From Marsupella aquatica (lineage: Eukaryota > Plantae > Marchantiophyta), in the NCBI GenBank assembly GCA_973895155.1, contig OZ316893.1:25347520-25411519 (forward strand): a stretch of 64,000 nt of DNA. Direction: 5' to 3'. The position numbers and the translations under genes were made by a program. Positions 28,805-42,145 of the stretch are shown here, piece by piece. Position 1 is the stretch's first letter, and each line of letters begins with the position of its first letter. Below the pieces are notes generated by a model. That model made no database searches, was not told the DNA's origin, and worked only from the letters and a program-made list of their open reading frames with translations.

Positions 28805-29671
28805 ATGGCGCTGTGGCCCATTTGCTCATTTCTACCTTTCGAAATTCGCGGACGCTGCCAGTCACTCTTGCCTTTTGGTCACATCAAGCTACCTTTTACG
28901 AGGAACTTATCGAGGGTTAAGAGCGGATTGTGGAGGAATTTAGTCAGGGCGAGTAAGGCCGCCACCAGCAGACGGATTTGTCGGGCGGGAACGCGGACTC
29001 AACGAACCAGACCACGAAGGTTAGACGACCCTTATAGCCTTGGGATTTTGGACCTTGTTTGGTGAGGTAGCTGCTAAGTTCTCTGAGACTTACTAGTACT
29101 CTTGCCCCGAGAAAGCCGCTTACGAACGAAGATACGCGAAGTTGGTGGCCGAGGAAGCGCAGGTTAGTTGTGAGAAGACGACCATCACCAGAGATTCCAG
29201 TTACAATGAACTGCGGGATTACATCACCGAGCTATATATCAGCGAGGAGGGGTTTCGATCGGTAGCAGAGGTGATTCTTGAAGTCCCCGCGAAGTTCTTT
29301 AGGCTGAGGGGTAGCCAGAGACTGACTCCAATGGAGCTCGACAAGATTTCAGGATACATCGACCAGCAGATTGCAGCCGAGAAGCGCGAAGAAGACATCA
29401 GCAGACAACAGGAAGCGGCGCGTAATCTTACATTCCTCGGGGAAAGCTCGAACGCCTTCAAGTGGGATATGGCTACCCCGACACCACCCCCAGCCCCTCA
29501 GCCGATGACCACAGGCGTACCACCTAACCGGTCTCAAGTCCGACCCATGAATAACACCGAGTGTTCCTCAGGTTCCGAGCATGTTAGTCCGCAGCTTGAG
29601 CAACGCTCTTGAAAGCGGGCAAGGGCGACGCCGGCCCCTGGGCCGACAATGCGAACCAACGTCGCCCCTAC
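28805..29671 (+). pseudogene. 5' part of the element A ORF (homologue of the element B ORF)
   Basis: LWPICSF and GFWTLFGEVAAKFSETY*..EKAA align with element B WWLICEH and HFWGCLFERATEYIKTY..ERAA. Truncated by the CACAA insertion. Start position approximate. Confidence 0.6.
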
Positions 29672-30168
29672 CACAACTACATTTTTGCATTTCAGGACCA
29701 GGTTTAACCTAACCCAAGACGACGTTCCTTCCATTTACGATGGACTATACGTCGTTAAGCTCCGGACTGTTGTCGGATGTCGTTCGGAGTTCCGACGGGA
29801 TCGGATAATGTCAACTTGTGTGACGTTAACTTTACGTCCTTTAAGACACAGTAAGTTACCTCGTATATCACGTTGTACCTTACATTACGTCTTACTAGAC
29901 GTGGTAACTTACCTGTTCCCGGAAGACGTAAATGAGAACGATGTATAGGATGACATTCTTAAGTTTAGGCATTTGGAAGGACGTATCTTCAGATGCATCG
30001 TCATAGAATACCATATGTGCATCGGGAAAAATGACGTTAATTCCACATATCAGTGGAGGACAGATTGAACTATAGGCGGGAGGCTCACTATAGCCTACAT
30101 TCCCGAGTGAAGACATCAAAGGTCCTTAGTGTAGAGAAGTTGAACCGTGGGAGGCAAAGTGTTCAGCT

Positions 30169-30729
30169 ATGGTGCGAAAGTTCTTTGCAAATGTGCATTG
30201 TTGTTTCCTCCCGCTTGGTGAGGAGGAGAAGATGGTTCGAGGGTTCTTTGGCCGTGGAGGGCTTGTTGACAAGCTATGTACCTCACAGACCGATTTCTTG
30301 ATTGTAAATACGTGGAAACAGGTTGTGGAGCACTTCAGTGACTATGCTAGCTTGATCGAGCATTTCGCTGAAACCGTGCATTTCATCTCTACTCGGTGGG
30401 TAGAGTGCTCCATTCTTGCCAGCAAGCAGTTGGATCCAGGAGAGTTCTTCTTGCATCCGAGCAATGATCGTGGTCTAGAAGATTCGCCCGAGGATGATGA
30501 TGGTGAGGCCTACCCTCCCACCTTGTCTAAATGTGACCTGTCACCCACTGAACTTCAGATTGCTATGTTTGATTACAAGGAAAGTTGTGCAGCCAAGGTG
30601 GAGGCTCAGAGGCTACAGGCCGGTGAAGCTGTTGTGCGGAAGAATTGGAATGCCAGCCAAAGGCGTGCTTCGTACAAGAAGAGGAAAGCAGACGAGGAGT
30701 ACTACTGGTCTGATGAAGGGACTCCTTAA
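30169..30729 (+). CDS. BRCT-domain protein (186 aa) carried by the outer element, convergent with TnpD
   Basis: FFANVHCCF...FFGRGGLV...TDFLIV...VHFISTRWVECSILASKQLDPGEFFL fits the BRCT pattern (GG-x-V, T-x-F-L-I, W-V-x-x-S/C-I...L). Basic tail KKRK. Lies inside the TIRs. Confidence 0.75.
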   Translation: MVRKFFANVHCCFLPLGEEEKMVRGFFGRGGLVDKLCTSQTDFLIVNTWKQVVEHFSDYASLIEHFAETVHFISTRWVECSILASKQLDPGEFFLHPSNDRGLEDSPEDDDGEAYPPTLSKCDLSPTELQIAMFDYKESCAAKVEAQRLQAGEAVVRKNWNASQRRASYKKRKADEEYYWSDEGTP

Positions 30730-31379
30730 TCAACATCAGTCTGGAGGGAGGGTGTAGAGGGATGACCATGACTCATGTAGGCTACATTTACATTAGAAAG
30801 GATGGTACAGCTATTGTGTATCTCTATTTGGTCTATGTGCAGCAATAAACACATCCATGAGTGCTATTTGTCGCAACAATTGTGTGGTTTGAATGTTGTA
30901 TCTTTTTCCTATGATTAACGTCGAAGAAAAATTAGTACGTTGACTGAACCGTCGTAGCTAATTATTAACGTTGTTCTACTCGAGGTAATATATTTTTGTC
31001 GCGCCATACATCGTTAAGAACGTCGTTTTCACCGTGTTACGACGTATAGAAGGACGTTAATAAACCCTTATAATGTCGGCTGATGGTTCGGTACACGACG
31101 TTAACTACCATTACATTGAATTGGCGTAGCTATAAATGACGTTAGAGAATTTGGTATCGACGTAAATTGTTTCGGACGACGTTAATGACAATTATCCCTT
31201 GTAGCAGAAGGCCGAGGGATCATGTCCATAAATGTATGGTTATTACTTGCTTCTTTACCAAGTGATTAACAAGCCCATCCCACTCTGCAAATTGATAGAT
31301 GCCTAGGCCATGAAATATGTCTGTTTATATGCAAACCGTGACAACAGTCAATACAAATGGGGATAGTGAGTCTATCATG

Positions 31380-32253
31380 TCAATCCTCCTCGTCTGTGAT
31401 AGCTGATGGCATGAAACATTTCCTGCGGCGTGGAAAGATGGGAATCACAATGGACCATCCTCCCATGTTGTGCATCGGAACCATAATGCATTGATCCACT
31501 TGGCTAGGAAAAACTATAGTGTCACTAAACTCAGTCCCGCTTGGTGCAACACGGGTCGTGTCCACACGATAAAATCCACACTCATCCTTCACCATGGTAG
31601 CTCTTGCTGGAGGTGACATGATGGACTTGTGCCACCTCACCTCTAACACCGTGGTGGTAAACGAGCCAAAATTAACATCCAAAATATCCAGGACAATGCC
31701 ACAATAAGGAACCTCAACATCACCTACATCGGTCACCATATATACTCCAGAGTTACAAGTACTCTTCTTCATATGGTCCGTCCTCCAAGTCCGAAAGTGG
31801 TTCCCTGACTCATACATGTGAGTATGACTCATAGCCCACATCGAAGGCCCCCTAATGATGGTCTGTACATCAATGGGAATGAGTGTAGGGCCATGCACTG
31901 CAAGGAGCCCCTCCATGCGCTCCAAGGCCCATATGCGAAATGATGCATGAACACAGTCTCGTACTGCCCTATCCGCTGCTGCTCCACCCATGCCCTGCAA
32001 GTACTGGGTCACATATACATTAGATCCCAATATGTGCCAACCACCTTGAATGTACATTTCAAATCTAAGTAGGACTCAACATGAAGGATTACGTCCCTAC
32101 CTATACAACTCTCTCCAATCTGACATCTCGGTGCGGTTCTCCAACACATAATTGTGGATCTGTCGGCGAAAAATGTCATCATGTAATGATCGCTTCTTTG
32201 ACGCGCCCATCACTCGCAACCCACCATTATCATCATCTTGTGCCTCTTCCCAA
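31380..32253 (-). pseudogene. TnpD transposase of the outer element, 3' part (DUF4216-like)
   Basis: GNHFRT, NSGV, PYCGIVLDIL, VRWH, DECGFYRVD and FPSQVDQC parallel the C-terminus of the inner TnpD (GRHFRI, DECGFTRL, FPSHLEQC). Continues the frame across the CAA TSD. Confidence 0.88.
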
Positions 32254-33008
32254 CACTACTACATATTGGCCCCTTTTGTGAAGCTTTTTTTTGACGCCGG
32301 GATGGTCTTGCGATGTCATCGACTTCAGATATTTTGTGATCAAACACGCATCACAATAAACCATGCTCACAGGTTCGCAACATGGTGTTGCGAAGCTAAA
32401 TACCTCGCAATTTGTTTGAGATCGGATTGAATTCGCAACTCTTTCAGATACTATTCGTCTCGCAAAGTATTTGTGGATCCGCGACCATCGCGACTGTATT
32501 TGGATCTCTTTTGTTTCATAATTTAGCGATAATAATGTACTCAAATATATATTGTGAACCTATTAGCTTCGCACAATATTGTGAAGCATAAATAGTCGCA
32601 AGTTACCGAATCCAGTTGATTCGCAAAGTTGAGAACACATTGACATCACAATTACCGATGGTGTGTTATTCACAAAGTGTTCAGAAGTTGCTTCTTGACA
32701 AGCTTGAAAATGTTTTGCAAAGAGAGTTGTTTGAAAATTTTGTAGAATGGAAATGTTTGAGAGAGTTTCTTTACAAGATGGAGAATGCATGTGTTTAGGT
32801 TACAGCTAGGGTTTTCAAAAAGGTGGCATGCATGAGGATAGCTTTGGAAATGGCTAAGGTTGCATATATAACAGTGAGATGAAATTTCAAAGTCCAATTA
32901 AGTGTTTGTAAAACAAAAGAAGAAAAGTAATATGTTAATATAAATAAAACCATGATAGTTAGTTTAGGGTCAAATTCTGGGCCCACAACAAGTTTTACTA
33001 CTAGTGCA

Positions 33009-36000
33009 TCAAACCTGGTCCTCATCCTCGCCTCCATTTGACACAATAATAACGTCAGGTTTTTCCGAGATAATGGAACGGGACCGTGGCACATACGGTA
33101 TAACAACTGACCACTCTAGGTCTGGTGGGTACGGAATATAGAAACACTGCTCAAGGTGACTTGGGAATGTAAATGGTTCAGATGTTTGCCAATGAGATGG
33201 TTGAAAGCTAGTTGCTGATGTCTTCAGTCGAGTAAACCCACACTCATCAAGAAATACCGTGCGATTATCACCAACCAGGTGAATTTTGAACCACTTACAC
33301 TTGAAGACATACTCTTCAAATTTGGAATCGGCATCATAGGATATGATCAAGATCTCCTCAATCTTCCCATAGTGAGGCACCACATCTCTGATCACATTAG
33401 TGTCATGACGGCTACTTTGTGAATCTTGCATGAACTGCCCTTGAACTCCACAATCAAAAGTTCTTCCCCTCTTCTCATCAAGGTCAGAAATCCTGAAATG
33501 CCTCCCTTGTGTCCACATTGCTGTTCTGGTTTGAACAAGTCTTAAAGGACCATGAACAATTGTTCGAACCTCAGGAGTCATATCTGGAAAATGTGATACA
33601 TTCTCACCTTGGGCCACCATAGCATCCAACTGAAGTACTTTCTCCTTCATATACTCAAGGAACTTTGGAAAGATCCTTGGGCGACGACTCTCCCTCTTTG
33701 CATCCTCATAAAACTCTCTCCAATCTTCCATCACATTGCTGTTACTCAACATGAAAGTACTAACCTGTGTCAACTCCACTGCGGTTAGTAAGCGTGTTTT
33801 TTTTGCACCTGTTAAACGGTCCTCCTCCACTTCCCTCTCTTCCATCCAAGTGCGTGGAAAACTAGGATCAATGGTAGCTAAGATGTTACTACAATAAAAC
33901 ATACTCTCAGCTGCCAAGTATCCAGTTGCCATGCTCCCCTCCACTCGTGCACGGTTCCGTACATAAGCCTTTAACACGGCCATATACCTTTCCAGCCAAT
34001 ACATCCACCTACAATGCACCGGACCGGCAATGGCAACCTCCCTCACAAGATGAACGAGAAGATGCACCTGACAATCAAAGAAGGAAGGAGGGAGGGCCTT
34101 CTCCAACTTGCATACCACCTCTGCTGCCAATACCTCCATCCGTGGTATCTCTTTTTCATATATTTCCTTTGAGCATATCCATCTCAACAAAGTGCCCAGT
34201 GACCAAAGGGCGTCTTGCACTTCTTCACTCCCCAAACCTATGATTGCCACAGGAAGTATATGTTGTAGTAAACAATGATAGTCATGTGTCTTGAGATACA
34301 TTGGCCATTTATGACTGTCCTCCATCCCAAAAGCCTTACGTAGATTGGCACCATAGCCTGTAGGAAACCGCATCTGCCCTATGCGTTGTCGAAACTCTCT
34401 TCTTTCACCAACACTCAAAACCCATGGAGCTGAAGGACGATGTTCCATCCCTGTGGATTCATCAACTGTTATCCATACATCTGGATGTCGTTCTAGATCC
34501 TGGCATGCCTCCCTAAAATTAATGTTCTTTTCCCCATAAAAGTGCTTGATCAAAGCCTTCCCAACATTTCCCTCTATATGCATGGGGTCTAACAAGTGAT
34601 GAATCTTCAACTCAGGCCAATAGGGCAAAGTGGCCAGTATACCCCACCTTGTCAATCCACTACCATCAAATCCCATGGCATCTTCAGGGTCTGCCACCCT
34701 ATCAGCTATGGACTTCCAATACGAAAATGTTGTGCGGTCAGGTATCTCACGCTCATCACCATTGATCATGTCAAAGTCTGAAAACAAAAGGGGGTCAGAC
34801 CTCATGTGATGCCCAAGTGGAAGAAACTTGGTATGACCAAGGTAGATTATCTTGTGCAGCCATTTTGAGTACTTGGCCATATCATGAAGGCTTGGACCAC
34901 AAGTGGAGCATGCCTTGTACCCTTGAGTTTGGAACCCAGAAACAAACCCAAACCCTGCTCACAAAATAACATTCTCAATTAGAGTCAAAGGAATTGAAAA
35001 GTTCATGTACATAGAATTAAAGAGGGACTTCCTTCCAAAAAAACTTGATCTCCAATACATGAAAAAAATACAAATCCATACCACTCACCTGGATAGTCAT
35101 GCATGGTCCACATAATGATTCCCTTCAATTGGAAGACACGTGGTAACCCTCCTGTAGTTGTCCGACCATCATATGCCCATACACCCCCCCATAATTTATG
35201 GAGTTCCCCAACCAAGAGCGCCAAGTAGATGTCCATGTTTTTTTACCTTAGATGGACCTGGGATAATCAATGATAGCAATAAGAATCCCTTTTTCATGGA
35301 CAACCATGGGGGAAGGTTGTAATTCATAACAACCACCGGCCAAACCGAAGTAGGGCGCCCTTTCCCTCCAAGGGAGTGTGGGCTTACCCCATCTGAGCCA
35401 ACCCCAACCTCACATGACGAGGGTCACGTGCAAATTCTGGCCATTGTGACTCCACATGCTTGTGAGCAGGGGAATCAACTGGCAACCGCATGACACCGGC
35501 CTCTGATCGATGTGTCTTATGCCATACCATCAATTCTGCCAAGTCAGAACATCGGTACATGTGCAACAATCAAGGAATAATAGGAAACCAACGAACAGCT
35601 TTTCTAGGCACCTTTGAGGTCAACATGTTGGTTTCATATCGAGGCTCTTGACAAATTGGACACTCAGTTGCGCTGGCATTGGTCTCATGATAGAGAATGC
35701 AGTCATTCACACAAGCATGAATGATATGGTATTCCATGCCAATGGATGATAGAACCCTCTTTGCCTCCTTCCAAGTTCTTGGCAACACATTTTCACTAGG
35801 TAACAAGAGATCATGGCAAATTGCAAACAAATCCGATAGTAGCGCATTGCTTGCCTTGTGTTTTGCCTGAAGATTCATCAATGCCAAGATGGCAGATAGT
35901 CTATTCAAACGAGCACCCCCATAAATAGGTGTTCTAGCATGTGCCTCAGCTTCTTCCCATTGTTTTTGTCCTTCAGGTGTACGTTGAGGCCTTGGATCAT

Positions 36001-36277
36001 GTGCAATATTTGGTGGAGGGTCTCCTTCATTGGGTGGGACACCTCCTTCACCACCAATGTCTACACCAAACCAATCTGTCATGAAGTAATCCATGGCTGA
36101 CTCTTGGTCTTGCATGACCTCATAATCTGTCCGAGGTGCCCCTTCATCTGGGCTGTCATTATCATTGTCACTTGATGAGGAATCTGCTGATGATGTTTCC
36201 CCGTCTTGTGGCAAGCCCATTTCTTGATATGTAGCTCTCAACCTCCTTGGCAACATATCTTGACTAGGCCGCACATT
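33009..36277 (-). pseudogene. TnpD/Tnp2 (Transposase_21 + DUF4218 + DUF4216-like) transposase of the inner CACTA
   Basis: Motifs HACVNDCILY..CPIC.EPRY, RWFPIIP, DSPAHKH..DPRHVRLGL, WTMHDYPG, LDPMHIEGNV, PPSFFDCQVHLLVHL..GPVHCRWMYWLER, FKCKWF. Nonsense TGA at 35570-35572, frameshifting near 35240-35390, intron ~35087-34956. Confidence 0.93.
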
Positions 36278-36427
36278 CTATAGAAAATACAATAAAGTAT
36301 TCACAATGAAATTAACGCCAAATATAGTAGTGCTCGAAACATATTATTAACAATATAAAAAGAACATGTCATTACAAAACATACGTTCACATACGATGAA
36401 CGTATAATACATGTCCCTAAAGTAATC

Positions 36428-37589
36428 CTAATCCCATTCATAATGTGTAAACAACTCCTCTCCAACCAGAATGGTCCTATTAGCTACAACTAGACAATGG
36501 TCATGATGATATCTCTGCCCATAAGGGGCTGGAGGGGGACCATCAACAAAAACCCATTCACAGTTTTTCCTACGCTTAGGCCGGGTCCCCACAGTACTGT
36601 TGATGAAACCGGCAATATTCCCACTACGGATGGGATCACCATCAATTATACGCTGGTCACAATACTTTCTGGTGCAACCATCAAAAGTATCCATGTCCAA
36701 TGCATAAGTCTTCCACTCAGGGTGTTGAACAAGGATCATGTTCCAATGTCTCCTCTTGTAAATGGGTCCACCATACGGGAACAACGTTGGTCCATCTGAA
36801 GAGCGCCCTGTTCCACCCATATCATCCACAATAATGTCCTGACAAGAGAAAATCCCATACCCATGCCTCTCCCCTAGGGTCAAACTCTTGACAACCCAAC
36901 GTCTTCCCCAAACTTCTATCTCATCACCATAGGTTATATCACATGGCAAACCAAGGCACTCCGGATTCCAATCCTTTATGATAGGAACACACTTCCCTGT
37001 GAAGGTACAAGGGCCCCATCTACCATCAACCCTACAAGTGTACTGATCCACTTCCCCTCTAGGCTGTCTTTCTGACTTTTTTTTCCCTCTTGTAACAATA
37101 CCGTCACCCTTAATTGTCCCAACACTACCTTGCCCTGCTGCCACTAAACGAAAAGCTTGTGAAAGTGCCGAGCCTATAGCATCTAGAACTCCTTGTGAGG
37201 GAACATAGGGTGTTGGTGTAGTGGGTGTAGGCCTACTGGATACCTATAGGAAGAAATGGAACCAAGTGAGTGTGATGAACCTCCCAAATTTTATTTTATG
37301 CTACCTAGCAAGATTTACAAAATAAAATGGAAATCACAGTAAGTTTACAACTCACCATACGGGATGAAGAAGCTCCCGGTGTAAGACCTCGATGTTGGCC
37401 ATATCGAGCAATGTGCTCCGCACATACATATGACTTTTGGACAACCATCCCCACACATTTTTTACAACCACAAAGTTGGCGTGGTGGACCACTAGGTCGA
37501 CGTACGGTTGGTTCAGGTTGAGGAGGAGGATGACTTTCTTCATCGGAAGAGGAATCTGATGTGGTGGAAGTTGTAGAGGATGAAGACAT
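36428..37589 (-). CDS. SET-domain protein with N-terminal CxCxxC..H (transposase-associated-like) exon, inner CACTA; apparently intact, ~349 aa
   Basis: Exon 37589-37356 (LCGCKKC...EHIARYG; donor ATG|gtgagt) joins in frame to exon 37243-36428 (acceptor cctatag|). SET motifs: HGYGIF, YGG, IDGDP..GNIAGFINS, ANRTILVGEELFTHYEW*. Confidence 0.85.
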
Positions 37590-38021
37590 CTGACAAGTAT
37601 AGCAATTGGAAGGCGATTAGTAAAAACTTCACCAAAACCATCATTGATAATCCCTACCTAAACATATTAAAAAGAATTGACAGAAAAATACCTTTATGAG
37701 ACCCGGGCTTAGCAATGCCTTGACAGATCTTGTGGCTCAAATTTCATGAACCAAATCTGGAAGGAGGGGAAAATCTGCCAATATACAATGAATTAAGCCA
37801 TGCCTTATGGTGAACCAGAAAAAAAGGATGATAGATTGTAACCCTCCATATTTACAGCAATGACTAGAAATGCATGAGAAAATGTTATACCTTTCAGATG
37901 CCCGGGCTCTTGCAAGGCATTATCATGCATTAGCCAAAACTTTAAAAAACATGGGGAAGTGCCCTACAACGCCAAAGAGTTTTCCTCTCCATGTTAATGA
38001 GATAGACAAATAAATATAAGT

Positions 38022-38850
38022 AACCCAAACCCTACCCTAAACCCAAACCATGAAATGAAACCCTTCATTAAAACCTAACCCAAATCCCTCAATCACCCTA
38101 AACCCTTACCCTTATCCTAACCAATACCCAAATCCCTCATTAAAAATTCAAACCTTTACCCTAAACCCAAACCCCTACCCTAAACCCAAACCATGAAATG
38201 AAACCCTTCATTAAAACCTAACCCAAATCCCTCAAGCACCCTAAACCCTTACCCTTATCCTAACCAATACCCAAATCCCTCATTAAAATTTCAAACCTTT
38301 ACCCTAAACCCAACCCAAATCCCCCAATTACATATAAAACTCTTACCCTATCTACACCTTACTTTACCTATATAGGCCAACCCCCACCCCTATAGTTATT
38401 CTAAACTTCACCCTAACCCCTAAATTGAGGCCCTTTTTTAAAACTTAGGCAAAAATTGTACCCCCTCAATTAGAACCAAATCCAACCCTATATCATGTTA
38501 CACCCCAACCCAAATACTTACATTAGAAACCCAACCCCTTTAAAAAAACCACAATTAAACCCCCCAACTAAAAACCAAACCCAATCCCTTTAAAAAACAA
38601 CCACAATTCAACCCCTCAACTAAAACCAAACCCAACCCCTGTAATTACTCACAACCTAATGCAAACCTCTACCTTGAACCCTAAGCCAAACCCATTAATT
38701 TAAACCCAACCCTTTTATTCCAACCTAACCCAAGTTTTAACCCCCTTAATTAAACCAAATACTCCTAGATTAAAACCAAATATAAACCTAACCTTTAATT
38801 AAACCCAAACCTTTGTTAACTTATATTCTAGTTATCCTTACAACCCAGAC
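38022..38850. repeat. Degenerate telomere-like (CCCTAAA/CCCAAA) tract including a 143-bp tandem duplication
   Basis: C/A-rich strand with many aaaccct/accctaa words. ccatgaaatgaaaccc occurs at 38048 and 38191 (period 143). Confidence 0.8.
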
Positions 38851-39310
38851 ATCCATTGACACCCCTTCCATGTTACCTTATGGGCACTTAACATACCTTA
38901 AATGTCGTTTGACAAACCTTAATAGCCGTTTGACACCCCAAAGTGTTTTCCAACCCTAAACCGATAAGACCTGCCTCGCAAATTATTTCACAAGTTAGAG
39001 AATATTTCTGCGAACCTACGACCTTCGCACTTGCTTCGCAAAAACAGAGGCCGAGAACAATTTTTTGGGTCTTCTGCGGGTTGCGATGGCTTTGCGAAGG
39101 GAATAGATTCGGAAGTGCCTCGCAAGTTGCGAGACTATTTGCGAGGGTGCGGGCTTCGCAGTTTCCCATGCATATGTCATCGCAAACCCGTTTTTGAACG
39201 GCGTAAACATCGGCGGGAGCTCGCATTCGGGCTCATTTCAGTTTTTGAGCGAGACGAGAAGGGCCGGGGCGCGCGCAACAGTACGAGGGAGACTGTGAGA
39301 GAGGGGAGCT

Positions 39311-41357
39311 ATGGCTACCGGTGAGGGGAGTGGAGGGCAAGGTGGTAGTGGTAGTGGTAGTGGCAATGGGGGAAATCCAGAGAAAGAGAAGAATGCTTGG
39401 GCAGACTTAGTGGCCCAACATCTCAGTGCTGCACAATTGGGAGAAGTGAATCTCAATTCTCCAGCAGGGCTTGCCTCTTTGAGTGCCATTCTTGGACAGG
39501 TTTTGCAAACTGGGATTGTAGCAGGACAAGCTACTAGAGAGGGGGAGGAGAGGGCCGCAGCTGAAGAGAAGGCTAGAGAGAAAAAAAGGAAGAGAGAGGA
39601 AAGAACTAAGTCGGGAGTTGCCTCTCCTCAAGCCCTAGAGAAGCAGAAGAGAAGAGAGGAGAGAGATTCAATTCGAAAACAGAGGGAGGAGCAACGTCAG
39701 AAAGAGGAAGCAAGAAAAAAACTTCCATTCATTGCCTTGGAGACAAGTGGGACTCCAACTGAGCTAGCATATGCAGGGGCTAAGAGCACAATCAAGCAGA
39801 TTATCACAAGCAATTTCTCACGAGGCATGCAGTGGGGGAAGATTGAGAAGGCAGAGCGAAAGAGGGTCATCAACCAAATCAAGGATGCATTTCGCAATGG
39901 GCCTGACATAGATGAGCAATGGTTGGCAGATAAGATTTCAAATTCTATGTCTCAAATGCGATACCATGACAGGATGAAGATTAGAGCCCACCTGAAAGAC
40001 TTGAGATCATACAGGAACTTGCGCAGACCCCTCCACTTCACCGAGGACATCTGGAATTCATTTTACAAGATTGAGGTGCAAATTAAGGCAGCTCACGAGT
40101 TGGAAGAGTGGAAGGGCAATCTAGATCGAGCCTTGAAAGCAAAGGAGGCCGGGAAGCTCCCCCCTGACCACGACCTGAAGCCACTTGAGCAGAAGGTAGC
40201 TGAGATGCAGAAGGTGGCCGACCAGGAGGGAAAGCCACCCAAGCGTTTCACAGATGCAGCCAAACGAGTGAAATCCACCCCCAATCCAGTCCACAAGTTG
40301 GGTCAAGGCGGGCTCCCCGGCCTCAAGTCACACTTTGTGAGTGCCTCTTGCTCCTCCCTAACCTCTCTATTCCTTTCAGAGTTGTGCAATGCAAGTGAAT
40401 GACATCCCCGAAGGTTCTTGTTGTTGTGCATGCTTGCTTGGTTACTAGTTTAGGGCAACTCTGACACTTAGAATTTCTGGCAAATTTTTAAAAACTCTCG
40501 GGAACACAGTTTGCGAAGGTGTTGCGATGCGTATTTGTTCGCAAACCCCTCACAAAGTCTATCATAGACTTTTTCCATTTCAATTTTCCGATGCCTTTGC
40601 GAACAAATGCGCATCGCAAACTCCATCGCAACGCCTTCGCAAAAAAAGGTGGTTTGCAAGTTGCTATGCTTATAGGTTCGCAAATTTGAATTTAAAATTT
40701 TTTTTGGGTCATGTTTAGTAGTTGAGGATTTAGGCGTCACTTGTGGCTATAGGGTATGCTTAAGGGCAAATTTAACCAATTTTAATTGGTTTTATGCATG
40801 GCAGTATCGGAGGTACAAAAGGAAGATATCAAAAAAGCATATTGAGGTGGCGATAGAGCATGGACGAAAGTACCTCTTTGCGATGGTAGATGCCGAGTTG
40901 GCTACTGTAAGTGTCTAAGTGTGAACCATATGATTAGCATGCGAACATTGTGAGTGACCCTTTATGTCTTGCGGAAACTAATGATATGTAATGGATGCAG
41001 GATTCGGATGAGCCTGAGGGGTCGGGTGCTGATGTGACCAGTAGTGATGACGATGAGGGGGCTACTCCTGGTACTAGTGGTGCTCGGGGGGGGAGTAGTC
41101 GTGAGGTAGGTTCTTCCCATCGTGGTAGTGGTGGTAGTCGTGTGTCATCAGCACACGTTGATGACCAGGGGGAGGAGGAGGACCCTGAGGATGAGGAGGA
41201 GGAGCAGGAGGGGCAGGAGGAGCCAGAGGAGCAGCAGGAGCAGGAGCAGGAGCACCGACGGCCATCACGCACCCGTCACCAAGAGGATCCCCGGAAGGAT
41301 AAGGGCAAGAAGCCAGCCAAGAAGCCAACCAAGAGGAGCCGCAAGAGCCCATTCTAG
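39311..41357 (+). CDS. Second (TnpA-like) gene of the inner CACTA, three predicted exons
   Basis: Exons 39311-40336 (..HKLGQGGLPGLKSHF|gtgagt), 40805-40906 and 41001-41357, with canonical GT/AG sites in phase 0. Helical W..-W..-RY core, HxLGxGG motif and acidic/basic tail are typical of the CACTA second ORF. The TnpA assignment rests on position and motif, not a database hit. Confidence 0.72.
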
Positions 41358-42145
41358 TTATTTTGTAGAGATACATGCATGAGAGTGACTTGTCATGCCG
41401 GAGCTTAGGGTAGGAAGAGGCAGCATAGGTTTAGAAGGGCGGACCTAGCATCAGATATTTCCCCCCTCTTGTCCATGTATAGGGTTCTTTGAAGCCCTAT
41501 CATTTTGTTCATGCTTTTCCATTTTATAAAACAACAATTTTGCCTTCCACATTGGGTTCCAAGGAAAACCCCTCGCAAATAATGTATTGAATCCTGTGTG
41601 ATCATAATTTTGCGAACCCTTTAAGAACTCATTCCCATCGCACAATATTAACCCCAAGGCGTCACACTTTTTGAGTCAATTAACTTCAGAACTTCAGATC
41701 CAAATATGTCGGGTTTTTGTGATACTTCTAGGATCGCACTTTCCTAATCGCAACCGTTCACAAACTTCTGAAATCACCGGTATCGCTCTTTGTCATACAA
41801 TCCCCATCAAAACAATTGAACCAGTATCAATCGCAAATATGATGCGATGGTAAATCCGTCTCAAATATTGACGCCCGCGCGGGACGTGTGCGTGTATGTT
41901 TGCGAACCTTATGCGACTTATAATGGATCGCAGAAGTATTGAATATTGCGAACCTCTCAGCTTCTCAGTTTGCCATGATGTTGCGATGCCGTTGCGATGG
42001 TCCGCGTGCGAAGTTATTAGGTTCGCAAAGTGCGAAGGGGGTGCGATGCGTGTATGTTCGCAATAGCCAGAATTATGAAAATCAGGGGCTTGTTAGTTGC
42101 GATGAGATTGTCTTCGCAAAACCGGCCGATAGTGTTGTAGTGCAA

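Larger units (their letters stand above)
32254..42142. mobile_element. Inner CACTA (En/Spm) DNA transposon, 9.9 kb, inserted in the outer element's transposase gene
   Basis: Left end CACTACTACATATTGGCCCCTTTT; right end reverse-complements to CACTACAACACTATCGGCCGGTTTT. TSD CAA (32251-32253, 42143-42145). TTCGCAA/TTGCGAA subterminal repeats. Removing it restores the outer TnpD frame (..APTAWEEAQDDDNGGLRVMGASKKR..). Confidence 0.95.

Noticed and set aside
31380-32057. Separate second DUF4216 gene of the inner element
   Set aside because: Lies outside the inner TIR (32254) and is the displaced 3' end of the outer transposase.
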